From: an uncultured cyanobacterium
Lineage (GTDB): Bacteria > Cyanobacteriota > Cyanobacteriia > Cyanobacteriales > Cyanobacteriaceae
Assembly (NCBI GenBank): GCA_963749915.1
Contig: CAVVOP010000021.1
Span: forward strand, 576,001-640,000
Direction of reading: 5' to 3'
Length of the DNA: 64,000 nt
A model generated the notes under the pieces. The model was not told the DNA's origin. It worked only from the letters and a program-made list of their open reading frames with translations, and made no database searches. Position numbers and translations under genes: made by a program. Shown piece after piece: positions 9,572 through 20,364 of the stretch; position 1 is the stretch's first letter; each line of letters starts with the position of its first letter.

Positions 9572-11113
9572 AGTCACCATCATTATTAAATTCATCATGG
9601 GGATCTGTTTGACCTTTGAAACATTGACGTAAATCCCATGACCAGTTATGCCATTCCCAAAGATTGCGATAGGCTAAAACATCATCTTGTTAGGGTAATG
9701 TTCATCAATCTCTTTTTGTAAATCGCTACGATAATTAATAGTTTCGTCAGTTTCAAATTCTTCTGATAACCAACCTGCATTCAAAAAACGAGGATGATAT
9801 TGGTTGTAACGAAAGTCAGAATTATTATCAATCCAAGGAATACCCCATGCTTGGGCAACAGCATCGAGAATTTTCTGTTTATCGTTAATGATTTTTTTGT
9901 TAATTTTACGACAAACTTGTTGAAAATAAGCTAATTTTCCTTGTTTTTCCGTTTCTGTGCCTGTTTTTAAATACCCTGCTACTCCTGCCGTTAAATCTGG
10001 ATAGGATGCGGATAATTCTTCTTCTTCCAACCCTAACAACTCAGGTAAAATTTTATGTAAGCCTCGTTTAACAGTTTCCGTCGCGTTTAATTTCTCTCTG
10101 CCATTAAATAACCCTACATGATACGTCCAATATCTCTTACTTTGCCCTTCACTTAACCAATCATTATTTTTAGTTCCTTCAGGATGTACTACTGCACCTA
10201 TACCTGAAACCGTAGATCGATCGCCGAAAGCCGTTGGTATCTCCCAGTTACGGGCATTTTTTACTGAAGCTAAAGCAAGTCTAGTTTGATCAAAAATAGC
10301 TGCCCACCATGAGCCTACATTAGCACTAAAAGGATGTCGATTTTGTTCTTCTTTACGAATCTTTCCAGCTTTCTGTAAGAAAATCAATTCTTTTTCTAAT
10401 AACGATTATCTTGCAAATAACTTAAAACAGACGTGCTAATTTCTCTCCATGCGGAGATTAACTCATTTTTGGCGGTTTCCATAGCGGCGTTAACCTTTTC
10501 TTGGGGTAAAATTAACACTAAAACGTTAGGAAATCCAGCAGCAGTTAAGAGTTTTCGTTGATTCGGCGTTGTAATCCATTGCTTGAAATGAGGATATTTT
10601 TCTAGTAACCAATGATCAATTAACGGTTGTTGAAATAAACTAGGATATAGCAGACAATCCGCCCCATATATTTGCGCTAATTTCCAACTTACCTTAGCGC
10701 TAAGATAATGTAAAATCCACGAACCAGCCCAAAAATCTCGCATTTTGCGACTAGCTTTAATTAATTCTTTGGTTTTATCTAAATCGTCCCTATTTTCCCT
10801 TAAATCTTGGGGAATTTGGTTAAATAATTCGTTTTCTTTATTTTAAACCTTGATCATTATAATCAATGAATGCTGTAACACTACCTATTGCCCCTCGATC
10901 GCTAGCAGATGTGATACAATCAGCAAGTTTAATATGCTTCATGATTGTTTTACCAGATTTTTCAGGGTTAAGGCTATTTTCTACCCAGTTACTCATCACT
11001 TCTAAGTCTCGCCAAAAACTATTACTACCTCTACCACTATTATTATGTAACGCTTTTAATACTGGATCATGAAGTAATCCCCATATCTTAGACTGCCAAT
11101 ATGGTTGTGCCAC
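9572..11113 (-). pseudogene. cas10: Type III-B Cas10/Cmr2 with multiple internal deletions
   Basis: YWQSKIWGLLHDP...ADCITSASDR; ELIKASRKMRDFWAGSW; GFPN; LNATETVKR; DDVLAYRNLWEW; the GG of GGDD and the upstream palm Asp motif are absent. Confidence 0.9.
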
Positions 11114-11166
11114 TGTATTTTAATTCCTTGTTTTGAGTAGTCTTTTTAGTATAATCCCAATTCAAA

Positions 11167-11194
11167 ACTTATTACTTATTACTTATTACTTATT
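11167..11194. repeat. Heptamer tandem repeat (ACTTATT)x4, STRR-like
   Basis: Direct reading; similar heptamers (e.g. AATGAAC, TTTGAAT) occur in other intergenic regions. Confidence 0.9.
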
Positions 11195-11203
11195 CCTTGT
11201 TTC

Positions 11204-12493
11204 TTAAATAACGGTATTATCAGGGATAACGGCGTTTTTAATAACAACCACAATACCACTGCGAATGAAGAAACCTTCAGCTTCTCGATTAGCCTCCTCG
11301 ATTCTGTCTTTATTGGTGATAATTACATTTTTACCAATTCGAGCATTTTTATCGATAATCGCCCGTCTTACCGTAGAATTTGCACCAACACCCACTGGCA
11401 CACTACCTTGATCTAATTTACTCTGTCTGATGCTATAAGACTCATAAAAGTCAGCACCCATTAATAAACTATCTTCCACAATGCAATTAGACTCAATTCT
11501 GGTTCTTACTCCTAAAACACAATGAGTAATACGACATTCTTTGATGATGCAACCTTCACCGATGATGGATTGAGTTACATTAGAATTTAATAATTTAGTT
11601 GGCGGTAAATAACGAGAACGGGTGTAAATAGGAGCTTTTTCGTCATAAAAGCTAAAATCTGGTTGCGGTTGTTTGGTTAAGGCTAAATTTGCGTCATAAA
11701 AAGCCTCGATTGTTCCAATGTCCTCCCAATAACCTTTAAATAAATATGCTTGTACACGATAATCTTTAGCGGCGGCGGGGATAATTTCTTTACCAAAATC
11801 CGTTTGACTGGGGTTGTTTTGTAAAAGTTTTTCCAAGACCCCTTTTTTGAAAACATAAATACCCATAGAGGCAATATAAGGGCTTTCTTTTGCTTTTTCA
11901 AGGCTTAAGCCTAAAATAGAAGTATCCACCGCCATTTTTTGCAACTCATCACCTTCGGGTTTTTCGCTGAAGTCGATAATTCTGCCTGTATCATCTATTT
12001 TCATTAAACCAAAAGCGGAGGCTCTTTTTTCGTCAATGGGTACAACCGATAAGGTAATATCGGCATTAGTTTGACGATGATGTTCAACAAATTTAGTATA
12101 ATCCATGCGATAGAGATGATCCCCAGAAAGGATGATATACTCATCAATATCCCATTCTTGAAATAACCATATATATTGACGTACTGCGTCTGCTGTACCC
12201 TGAAACCACTCTGGATTTTCTTTGGTTTGTTGTGCTGCTAACACTTCCACAAAACCATCGCTAAACCCCGAAAAATTATAGGCACGACTAACGTGACGAT
12301 TGAGGGAAGCCGAATTAAACTGAGTTAAAACATAAATTTTTAAAATCTCAGAATTAATACAGTTACTAATGGGAATATCAATTAAACGGTATTTTCCAGC
12401 TAGTGGTACAGCTGGTTTTGCCCGTAACTTAGTTAAAGGATATAATCTTGTACCGGCGCCACCGCCTAAAATAATTCCGAGTACTTTTTTCAT
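11204..12493 (-). CDS. glgC: Glucose-1-phosphate adenylyltransferase
   Basis: [37 protein letters not shown]. Confidence 0.98.
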   Translation of the reverse strand: MKKVLGIILGGGAGTRLYPLTKLRAKPAVPLAGKYRLIDIPISNCINSEILKIYVLTQFNSASLNRHVSRAYNFSGFSDGFVEVLAAQQTKENPEWFQGTADAVRQYIWLFQEWDIDEYIILSGDHLYRMDYTKFVEHHRQTNADITLSVVPIDEKRASAFGLMKIDDTGRIIDFSEKPEGDELQKMAVDTSILGLSLEKAKESPYIASMGIYVFKKGVLEKLLQNNPSQTDFGKEIIPAAAKDYRVQAYLFKGYWEDIGTIEAFYDANLALTKQPQPDFSFYDEKAPIYTRSRYLPPTKLLNSNVTQSIIGEGCIIKECRITHCVLGVRTRIESNCIVEDSLLMGADFYESYSIRQSKLDQGSVPVGVGANSTVRRAIIDKNARIGKNVIITNKDRIEEANREAEGFFIRSGIVVVIKNAVIPDNTVI

Positions 12494-12661
12494 AAATTTG
12501 ATCTGTTAAATTACTTTTATTAGACAGTTTATTTGTTTATGGTCATTCCGACAATGATAATAACAATGAATAATGGATAATGTAAGTTTGTTAATCAATC
12601 AAAAAATAATTCATTGCGTAGTGATTAACTTTCAATTCCTAATTCCTAATTTTTAATTAAA

Positions 12662-13729
12662 ATGATGTGGACTAATTATCATGCTAGATTGCATCAAACC
12701 TTAAAACATCGTTGTTTATTGCCAAAAAATAGCAAAATATTAATTGCAGTATCGGGTGGACAAGATTCTCTCTGCTTAGCTCGATTATGCTTAGATTTAC
12801 AGCTAAAGTGGAACTGGGATATGGCGATCGCTCACTATGATCATGGTTGGGCATTAGATGAAGGATTAACCTGTCATATAGAGAAAATCACCGAAAATTG
12901 GGGTTTAAACTTTTATTTGGCGAAAGCTAAGCAAAAAATCCCTGAAACGGAAGCCGATGCCCGAAAATATCGTTATGAAGCCTTAATTAATATGGCTAAT
13001 AACCATCAATTTAATTATCTGGTGACAGGGCATACTTTAAGTGACAGAAGCGAGACTTTTATCTATAACTTAATCAGGGGTGCGGGAATGGAGGGGTTAA
13101 GCGCCTTAAATTGGACAAGAAAACTTACTCAGGCTGAAAATTTTAGCCCCCAAAACCCAAAACTGGGGGGAGTGAAACTGTCCTCACCCCGAAACTGGGG
13201 GGTGAAAGGGGACAAATGCACAAATACTGATACTAATCATCTTACCCTCGTTCGACCGTTACTAAACTTTACCCGTATTGACACCCTTGCTTTTTGCCAA
13301 CAATTGCACCTACCCATCTGGGAAGATAAGTATAACGATAATAAAAAATTCGCCCGTAACCGCATTCGCCTTGATTTAATCCCCTATATCAAACGATCAT
13401 TTAATCCACAGATAGAGCAACATTTAGCACAAACAGCAGAGATATTAAGGGCTGATGTCGAATATTTGACCCAAGAAGCCGAAAAAATCCTCAATTTAGC
13501 TATTACTGAAGATAAAAATAGTTTAAAGCGTTCTCCCCTGTCAGAAAAACCCCTGAGTATGCAGAGGAGAGTGGTAAAGATTTTTTTAGCACAGAAACTA
13601 GGAATAACACCCAATTTCGAGCAAATAGAGGCAGTAGTGAGCTTAATTACCGCCCCGAACCTATCTCGCACCTCTAGTTTATCTAAAGGGCGTTTTGCAC
13701 AAGTCAGAGGAGATATTATTGTCATCTAA
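12662..13729 (+). CDS. tilS: tRNA(Ile)-lysidine synthetase
   Basis: AVSGGQDS PP-loop, TGHTLSD, VRPLL, RNRIR; carries an in-frame repeat insertion near 13143-13216. Confidence 0.95.
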   Translation: MMWTNYHARLHQTLKHRCLLPKNSKILIAVSGGQDSLCLARLCLDLQLKWNWDMAIAHYDHGWALDEGLTCHIEKITENWGLNFYLAKAKQKIPETEADARKYRYEALINMANNHQFNYLVTGHTLSDRSETFIYNLIRGAGMEGLSALNWTRKLTQAENFSPQNPKLGGVKLSSPRNWGVKGDKCTNTDTNHLTLVRPLLNFTRIDTLAFCQQLHLPIWEDKYNDNKKFARNRIRLDLIPYIKRSFNPQIEQHLAQTAEILRADVEYLTQEAEKILNLAITEDKNSLKRSPLSEKPLSMQRRVVKIFLAQKLGITPNFEQIEAVVSLITAPNLSRTSSLSKGRFAQVRGDIIVI

Positions 13730-13800
13730 GGCTTTGGTGATTCTATGGACTTTCTTAAAATATAATTTAGATCCCCGTTGACAATTATTAATTATTTTTA

Positions 13801-15012
13801 ATGTTTTTAGATACTTTTATTGCTGATAATTTACCTTTTGATTTCGGTTTATTACCCTGTAATTGTTATTTAGTGGGTGGTGCCGTGCGAGATGTATTAC
13901 TTAATCGATCAGGAAATTATTTAGATTTAGATTTTGTTTTACCCCATAGTGCTATTAAAACTGCGAGAAATATTGCCAATTTATACCGTGCTGGTTTTGT
14001 GGTGCTAGATAGCGATCGCTCTATTGCCAGGGTGGTTTTTCCCCATGCAACTATCGATTTTGCACGGCAGGAGGGGGATTCCATCGAAAAAGATTTATTT
14101 AGACGTGATTATACTATTAATGCCATCGCCTACCACTGTCAGGAAAGAAAAATAATTGATCCTTTGAAGGGTAAAGAGGATTTACAACAGGGAGTCATGA
14201 GAATGATATCTCGTAAAAATTTGCAGGAGGATCCTTTACGGTTATTGAGAGGCTATCGTCAGGCTTGTCAGCTCAATTTTATCATTGAATCCGAGACTCG
14301 CCAAACCATTAAGGAATTAACACCCCTTTTCACGAGAGTTGCTACCGAAAGAGTTAACAGTGAATTGGGTTATTTACTGGCTAGTGATAATGGTAGTTAT
14401 TGGCTAAAAGAGGCTTTTCAAGATGGTTTATTGTCTCTTTATTGGCAAAATAGCAACGAAGAAAAAATAAATTATTTAGAAAAAATTGATATTTCTGCCC
14501 AGTGGTTACGAGAAAAATTTAGTCATTTTAAAAATATTAATCCCGAAAATTATAGCAGTGCCAAATTAGCTTGTTTAACTGCGAATAATCCAGGAATAGC
14601 GGAAAAAGAATTACTCAATCTTAAATATTCTCGTCAAGAAATCAAAGCAGTGACAACTATTCTTAAATATACTCCTTGTTTATCAGAGAAGGATTTTGCC
14701 ACTAACTTATCGGCACAATATTTTTTCTTTTTATCTGTAGGTAAGGTATTCCCTAATTTAGCAATTTTCGCCCTTGCCCATGATGTTCGTCAAGATTTAA
14801 TTACCATGTTACTCGCCCGTTATTTAGATGAGCATGATTTTGTGGCACATCCCCAACCGTTATTAACGGGCAACGATTTAATGGACTCTTTGAAAATTCC
14901 CCCTAGCCCATTGATCAAACAATTATTAACGGATGTGCAAATTGCTTATATAGAAGGGAAATTTACTGATAAAAATGGGGCTTTACAATGGATAATCCAT
15001 GATAGACTATAA
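13801..15012 (+). CDS. tRNA nucleotidyltransferase / poly(A) polymerase family
   Basis: LVGGAVRD, DLDF, DLFRRDYTINAIA, EDPLRLLR. Confidence 0.92.
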   Translation: MFLDTFIADNLPFDFGLLPCNCYLVGGAVRDVLLNRSGNYLDLDFVLPHSAIKTARNIANLYRAGFVVLDSDRSIARVVFPHATIDFARQEGDSIEKDLFRRDYTINAIAYHCQERKIIDPLKGKEDLQQGVMRMISRKNLQEDPLRLLRGYRQACQLNFIIESETRQTIKELTPLFTRVATERVNSELGYLLASDNGSYWLKEAFQDGLLSLYWQNSNEEKINYLEKIDISAQWLREKFSHFKNINPENYSSAKLACLTANNPGIAEKELLNLKYSRQEIKAVTTILKYTPCLSEKDFATNLSAQYFFFLSVGKVFPNLAIFALAHDVRQDLITMLLARYLDEHDFVAHPQPLLTGNDLMDSLKIPPSPLIKQLLTDVQIAYIEGKFTDKNGALQWIIHDRL

Positions 15013-15032
15013 ATTATTTTATTCCTGAAATT

Positions 15033-15200
15033 ATGACTACAGCTATTATTAATCAAATTAATGCCATCGCCGATAAAAGAGAATTGTTAGTAAAACTATT
15101 GGAAAAACCAGACTTAGGCAGTTTGCGCTTAGATGTCAACCAAGCCATTGAGGAGTTAGACGAGTTAATCGAAGACTTAAACAAAACCTTTAACAATTAG
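15033..15200 (+). CDS. Small helical hypothetical protein (55 aa), not in the ORF track
   Basis: MTTAIINQ...LLEKPDLGSLRLDVNQAIEELDELI; begins 21 bp after the preceding stop. Confidence 0.7.
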   Translation: MTTAIINQINAIADKRELLVKLLEKPDLGSLRLDVNQAIEELDELIEDLNKTFNN

Positions 15201-15322
15201 CAATGAATAATTAACAATTAACAAACAATTAAAGGTTTTTTATTCTACATTCTTAATTCTGCATTCTTCCACTGGTCTCCCTACTATTCTCCTCTCCCCA
15301 GTCTTCTCGTCTCTCCAGTAGT

Positions 15323-15958
15323 TTACTTATTAGGTTGGGGTGTCATGCGTAAATAAGGCTTAATTTCGGTGACGCCTTTAGGAAACTTCTGTTTAGCTTC
15401 TTCCGTAGAAATAGAAGGCACAACCACGCAATCGCCTCCATCTTGCCAGTTAACGGGAGTTGCCACTTGGTAATAGTCTGTTAATTGTAAAGAATCAATA
15501 ACTCTTAAAATTTCATCAAAGTTACGACCCGTACTAGCAGGATAAGTGATAGTTAAACGTAACTTTTTGTTAGGATCGATGATAAATACACTTCTAACGG
15601 TGAGATTATTCAAAGATTTGGGGTGGATCATACCGTATAAATCGGCAACTTTGCGATCGCCATCAGCTAGAATGGGATAATTGACAGTGGTATTTTGAGT
15701 TTCGTTAATATCATTAATCCAACCCTTGTGAGATTCTACATCATCAACACTAAGAGCGATGGTTTTAACATTCCGTTTTTGAAACTCAGACTGTAAACTA
15801 GCCACAGTGCCCAATTCAGTGGTGCAAACGGGGGTATAGTCAGCAGGATGGGAAAATAACACTACCCAACTATCTCCTGCCCAATCATAGAAAGAAATAT
15901 CGCCGACGCTTGAGGCTTGAGTAAAATCGGGAACTGTATCCCCTAATTGTAATGTCAT
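15323..15958 (-). CDS. 1-Cys peroxiredoxin (Prx6)
   Basis: FSHPADYTPVCTTELG, YPASTGRNFDE; start taken at MTLQLGD. Confidence 0.95.
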   Translation of the reverse strand: MTLQLGDTVPDFTQASSVGDISFYDWAGDSWVVLFSHPADYTPVCTTELGTVASLQSEFQKRNVKTIALSVDDVESHKGWINDINETQNTTVNYPILADGDRKVADLYGMIHPKSLNNLTVRSVFIIDPNKKLRLTITYPASTGRNFDEILRVIDSLQLTDYYQVATPVNWQDGGDCVVVPSISTEEAKQKFPKGVTEIKPYLRMTPQPNK

Positions 15959-16090
15959 AGGTCTTAAGTTAAATTTAACTTCCATTGATTATTTTCGGTA
16001 TGATTCTCTCATATTTTTTGTGCTTATTGATTTTTTCTGGTGCATTTTTACAAATCTTTATAAATAATCGAACACTCCTAAAGGAGAAAA

Positions 16091-18028
16091 TTAACCAAGA
16101 TAAGTATAACTGCGCAAATTTTCCTCATAATTTTTGATTAGCAATTGGGATTTTTCAAAATCAATTTGTTTTCCCTGTAAAGCATTTTCTGTTAAACAAC
16201 GCACTTTTTCGGTTAAGTCTTCTGGGGAGTATTCCACATATTTTAGAACCTCAGTTACTGTGTCGCCTTTAACAACATATTGAATCTGATAATTATTCTC
16301 ATTACTTTGAATATGCACCACATTAATATCCCCAAAAAGATTATGTAAGTTACCCATAACCTCTTGGTAAGCACCCACTAAAAACATCCCTAAATAATAA
16401 GGCTTAAACTCAGTATTTTCTGGATTATTAATATTATTATCTTCTTGAGGTTTTAAGGAATGTAAATCTAAAGCATTTCTAACGTCTAACAAATCAATAA
16501 ATTTGTCAATTTTGCCGTCACTATCGCAAGTTAAATCCGCTAAAATCCCCTTTACTTCTGGTTTTTCATTTAATCGGTGAATAGGTAAAATAGGGAATAA
16601 TTGATCAATCGCCCAAGCATCAGGGGCAGATTGAAACACTGATAAATTAATATAATAAGTAGAAATCATTAAATCATTTAAGTCGTTTAAATCGTCACTA
16701 ACATAGGTTTGATTTTTGATAATTTCGTAAATTTTATGACAACATCCCCAATATAATTGTTCGGCTTTTGCCCTTTGCAATAAACTAAGATAACCAAAGT
16801 TAAATAGACTAATGGCTTCATCTTTAAATTGCACTGCATCATGGTACATTTCTTGATAATTTTCTTCGTCAATGGTTTCAAAAGTTTCCCATAAATTGCG
16901 AATAATTAAGTGCTCTTTTTCTTCCCTTTGTTGAGGTAATTCTAAAGGCGGATTATTACTACTAACTACGTTAAAAATTAAGACAGATTGATGGGAGGCG
17001 ATCGCTCTACCACTCTCACTAACTAAGATAGGAGAAGGGATATTATTTTGCTTACAGGCCTCCTTAACTGCCGCGACAATATCGTTAGCATAGTTTTGCA
17101 TATTATAGTTTTTCGAGGCATAAAAATTAGTTTTTGAACCATCATAATCAACGGCTAAACCACCGCCCACATCTAAATATTTCATCCCCGCACCCATTTT
17201 CGATAGTTGGATATAAATTTGACTAGCTTCTCTAATGGCATCTTTAATAACGGCGATAGACGAAATTTGCGAACCGATATGAAAATGTAACAACTGTAAA
17301 CAATCTAATTTGTCTTGTGATTTTAACTTATTAACCACAGTGATAATTTCGGGTATCGTTAAACCAAACTTAGCTTTTTCTCCAGTAGAATCGCCCCAAT
17401 GACCTGATCCTTTTGTTTGTAATTTTGCCCTGAGGCCTAATTGGGGATTTAATTGTAATTTTTCACTCAATTTAAGAATCAGAAATAGCTCACTTATTTG
17501 CTCAATTACTATTATTAAATTATGACCTAACTGTTGAGCTAAAAGAGCAGTTTCTAAATAATCTTTATCTTTATAACCATTACAAATTAATAGAGTTTTC
17601 CTTGTTTTATCCACATGTAAGGTTGCTAAAGCAATCATTAATTCAGGTTTTGAGCCAACTTCTAAGCCAAAATTATAGGGTTTTCCGTACTCCACTAATG
17701 CCTCTACCAACTGTCTATGTTGGTTACATTTAATGGGATATACTCCCCTATAAACATTATCATACTTATAACGGGCGATCGCCTCATTCATACATTCATG
17801 TAGTCGCTTTAAACGGTCATCTAATATATCTGAAAAACGAATTAGTAAAGGTAAATTAATATCCCTTTTTTTTAGACTTTTTACTAATTTAAATAAATCT
17901 ATTTTATAGTCATTGCCATGGGGAGAGACTGTAATATTACCCTGGTCATTAATAGAAAAATAAGGATCCCCCCATCCCTCGATTTGATAAAGTTTATTAC
18001 TATCGTTAATAGTCCAAAAATTAGTCAT
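16091..18028 (-). CDS. speA: Biosynthetic arginine decarboxylase
   Basis: YPIKCNQ, HFHIGSQI, DVGGGL, ESGRA, DLTCDSDG. Confidence 0.97.
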   Translation of the reverse strand: MTNFWTINDSNKLYQIEGWGDPYFSINDQGNITVSPHGNDYKIDLFKLVKSLKKRDINLPLLIRFSDILDDRLKRLHECMNEAIARYKYDNVYRGVYPIKCNQHRQLVEALVEYGKPYNFGLEVGSKPELMIALATLHVDKTRKTLLICNGYKDKDYLETALLAQQLGHNLIIVIEQISELFLILKLSEKLQLNPQLGLRAKLQTKGSGHWGDSTGEKAKFGLTIPEIITVVNKLKSQDKLDCLQLLHFHIGSQISSIAVIKDAIREASQIYIQLSKMGAGMKYLDVGGGLAVDYDGSKTNFYASKNYNMQNYANDIVAAVKEACKQNNIPSPILVSESGRAIASHQSVLIFNVVSSNNPPLELPQQREEKEHLIIRNLWETFETIDEENYQEMYHDAVQFKDEAISLFNFGYLSLLQRAKAEQLYWGCCHKIYEIIKNQTYVSDDLNDLNDLMISTYYINLSVFQSAPDAWAIDQLFPILPIHRLNEKPEVKGILADLTCDSDGKIDKFIDLLDVRNALDLHSLKPQEDNNINNPENTEFKPYYLGMFLVGAYQEVMGNLHNLFGDINVVHIQSNENNYQIQYVVKGDTVTEVLKYVEYSPEDLTEKVRCLTENALQGKQIDFEKSQLLIKNYEENLRSYTYLG

Positions 18029-18125
18029 AGTTTAAGAAAAAGTTAACAAGTCTAAAATATAGGTGTAAATAGAGGAATTTGATCCTATTTTATTGTACTA
18101 ATAATTATTCTTTGAAAAACATTTT

Positions 18126-18683
18126 TTACGAGTATTTTATTCTTTCGCTTACCTCTGCGATCGCCTTTTCTAAGGTATTGTTAATAACTTGATAATCAAA
18201 CTCGTGACTAACGGCTAATTCTTCTTTAGCCTTGGTCAAACGCTTAGCAATCACCTCATCAGCATCGGTGTGTCTACCCCTTAAACGTTTTTCCAATTCT
18301 TCTAAGGAAGGGGGTAAAATAAAAATTCTTATAGCAGAAGGGAAACTTTCTTTAATTTGGTTCGCCCCTAAAACCTCAATTTCTAAAATAACAATCTTAC
18401 CCTGCTCAATTTGTTCTAACACAGGTTGCTTAGGAGTACCATAATAATTTCCCGCATATTCCGCCCACTCCAATAATTGAGAGTTGGTAATCATTTCCTC
18501 AAATTGAAGGCGAGATAGGAAATAATAGTCTTTACCATCAATTTCCCCCTCACGAGGAGGGCGAGTTGTAGCAGAAATAGACAGAAAAATGTGGGGGTTG
18601 TTTGTTTGTAAGGATTTAACAATCGTGCCTTTGCCGACACCACTAGGACCAGTAATTACCACTAGCTTACCTTGTTGACTCAT
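18126..18683 (-). CDS. gmk: Guanylate kinase
   Basis: GPSGVGKGT, SATTRPPREGEIDG. Confidence 0.97.
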   Translation of the reverse strand: MSQQGKLVVITGPSGVGKGTIVKSLQTNNPHIFLSISATTRPPREGEIDGKDYYFLSRLQFEEMITNSQLLEWAEYAGNYYGTPKQPVLEQIEQGKIVILEIEVLGANQIKESFPSAIRIFILPPSLEELEKRLRGRHTDADEVIAKRLTKAKEELAVSHEFDYQVINNTLEKAIAEVSERIKYS

Positions 18684-18827
18684 AAAATTATTAAATATCT
18701 TGTGAAAGTCAGGAAATAATTAACAATGAACAATGTCGAAAAAATTCTGGAAATAAAAAATAAATCAAGCAGACAAAAAAATAACTATCAATTATCCCTC
18801 AACCGAGCAGTATTGACTATGGACTGA

Positions 18828-19079
18828 CTATTTTTCTACATTAGTAACAAAGCGATTGGCCACGGTTTCTGGTTGAATCGCCGACAAAACAACATGACTG
18901 GAATCGGTTATAATTACGGCTCTGGTTCTTCTGCCATAGGTAGCATCAATTAGCAGTCCTTTTTCTCTAGCATCACTGATAATACGCTTAATGGGAGCTG
19001 ATTCTGGACTTACAATCGCAATAACCCGGTTAGCCGTGACGATATTACCAAAACCGATGTTAATTAATTTAATATCCAT
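18828..19079 (-). CDS. remA: RemA/DUF370 family protein
   Basis: [10 protein letters not shown]...[14 protein letters not shown]; conserved position upstream of gmk. Confidence 0.92.
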   Translation of the reverse strand: MDIKLINIGFGNIVTANRVIAIVSPESAPIKRIISDAREKGLLIDATYGRRTRAVIITDSSHVVLSAIQPETVANRFVTNVEK

Positions 19080-19217
19080 AAATTCCGACGACAGTTAAGA
19101 TTTTTTTACCTGTCAACCATCATATCGCTAAATTTCGAGATTTACAATCATTTTTCGCTTAAATTGTCCAAAAAAGTCAATCATTATTTTTTGCCCTTCC
19201 CCTTCTGAATCTTATAT

Positions 19218-19471
19218 CCCACATTCCGCACGTCAATTTGCACTATGCCATGTAATACCTTAACGCCTTGTTTACAAAATATTCCCCAAGTAATAAAACA
19301 ACGAAATTGAGATTAAACAAATATAAATACTGTAAAAATCTGTATATGGCGATGCCAAAGGCACAGCGAAGCTGCCCGCAAAAAACAATAAATATATGTA
19401 TTACCTATAGTAAAGTTGCGTAAAAGTCATTAAAATATGATTGTTTTCTAAAAGAACATGCGGAATGTGGG
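19218..19471. mobile_element. 254-bp non-autonomous IS1634-type MITE
   Basis: CCCACATTCCGCA ... TGCGGAATGTGGG ends; no transposase ORF inside. Confidence 0.85.
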
Positions 19472-19483
19472 TGAGATTGTCGG

Positions 19484-19559
19484 GAGCTGGATACACGGAA
19501 ACGGGTACGTCCAGTTCTAAGTGGGAGGAGCGGAAGATAACACTTCCCTTCGACCCTAC
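19484..19559 (+). ncRNA. Group II intron 3' remnant (domains V and VI)
   Basis: GAGCTGGATACACGGAAACGGGTACGTCCAGTTC (AGC triad, GAAA loop, AC bulge) followed by a DVI-like hairpin ending CCCTAC. Confidence 0.8.
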
Positions 19560-19715
19560 TGTTCCCCTTAATCAAAAGCTAATTTTTGATTGTAGTTGAC
19601 ATTATTACTCGAAGAACTATTCATCAACTTTTTTTCGAGTACAGCCCCTCTTCCTTCCGACAATCAACGTTATAGCGTATCATGAGTTGTAACCATTCAC
19701 TACCTTACTTCAACC

Positions 19716-19946
19716 TTATTCAACGATCTTTTCTAATCGATCTGCAATCCAAACCTTGATTAATGATTGTCGGGTGACTCCCAATCGTCGTGCTTCGTGA
19801 TCTAATGCTTCAATCATCCACACAGGGAAATCAACGTTGACCCTTTTCTGAGTCAACCCAGCACGTCGCGCTTTGCTAAGGTCGAGGTGTTTAACAATAT
19901 CCTCCTCTCCTCGGTCGAACTTGTCATCAAATGTCTTGGCTTTCAT
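19716..19946 (-). CDS. brnA: BrnA/CopG-type antitoxin
   Basis: FDDKFD.GE.DI...RVNVDFPVWM...LGVTRQSLIKVWI; overlaps the toxin gene. Confidence 0.88.
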   Translation of the reverse strand: MKAKTFDDKFDRGEEDIVKHLDLSKARRAGLTQKRVNVDFPVWMIEALDHEARRLGVTRQSLIKVWIADRLEKIVE

Positions 19947-20196
19947 AGAGCGCTATCTCCTGTTTTCGTGAACGTCTGACCGAAATGATTCTTATTCGTT
20001 GCTCCCGATAAGTAATCACCGCTGACCAGCACTTCCCTGCAATTCGCCCGATTACAAAAAAGCGAGGCTCATCCTCTGTACGAGCGGGTATCTCTAGCAG
20101 TTCTGGATCATCCCAAAGCTCCTGAGCCTCCACAAAGTCAATCCCGTGCTTTGACCTATTGCTCTCACTCTTGTTATCGTCAAACTCAAAATCCAT
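19927..20196 (-). CDS. brnT: BrnT family toxin
   Basis: FEFDDNKSESNRSKHGIDF...IRIISVRR. Confidence 0.92.
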   Translation of the reverse strand: MDFEFDDNKSESNRSKHGIDFVEAQELWDDPELLEIPARTEDEPRFFVIGRIAGKCWSAVITYREQRIRIISVRRSRKQEIALYESQDI

Positions 20197-20364
20197 ATTT
20201 ATACCAAAAGTATACCCTTTTTATACCAGATAAGGAAGCAGTGATGTTTTCCAATCGTTTCAGAGTCTTACGGAGCTCTTCACATCACTACTGGAAGAGA
20301 GCAAATGCGGCGTTGGAGTTCTAATATCCCCTACTCAAAGAACTCCTCATCGATCTTCTTTAAG

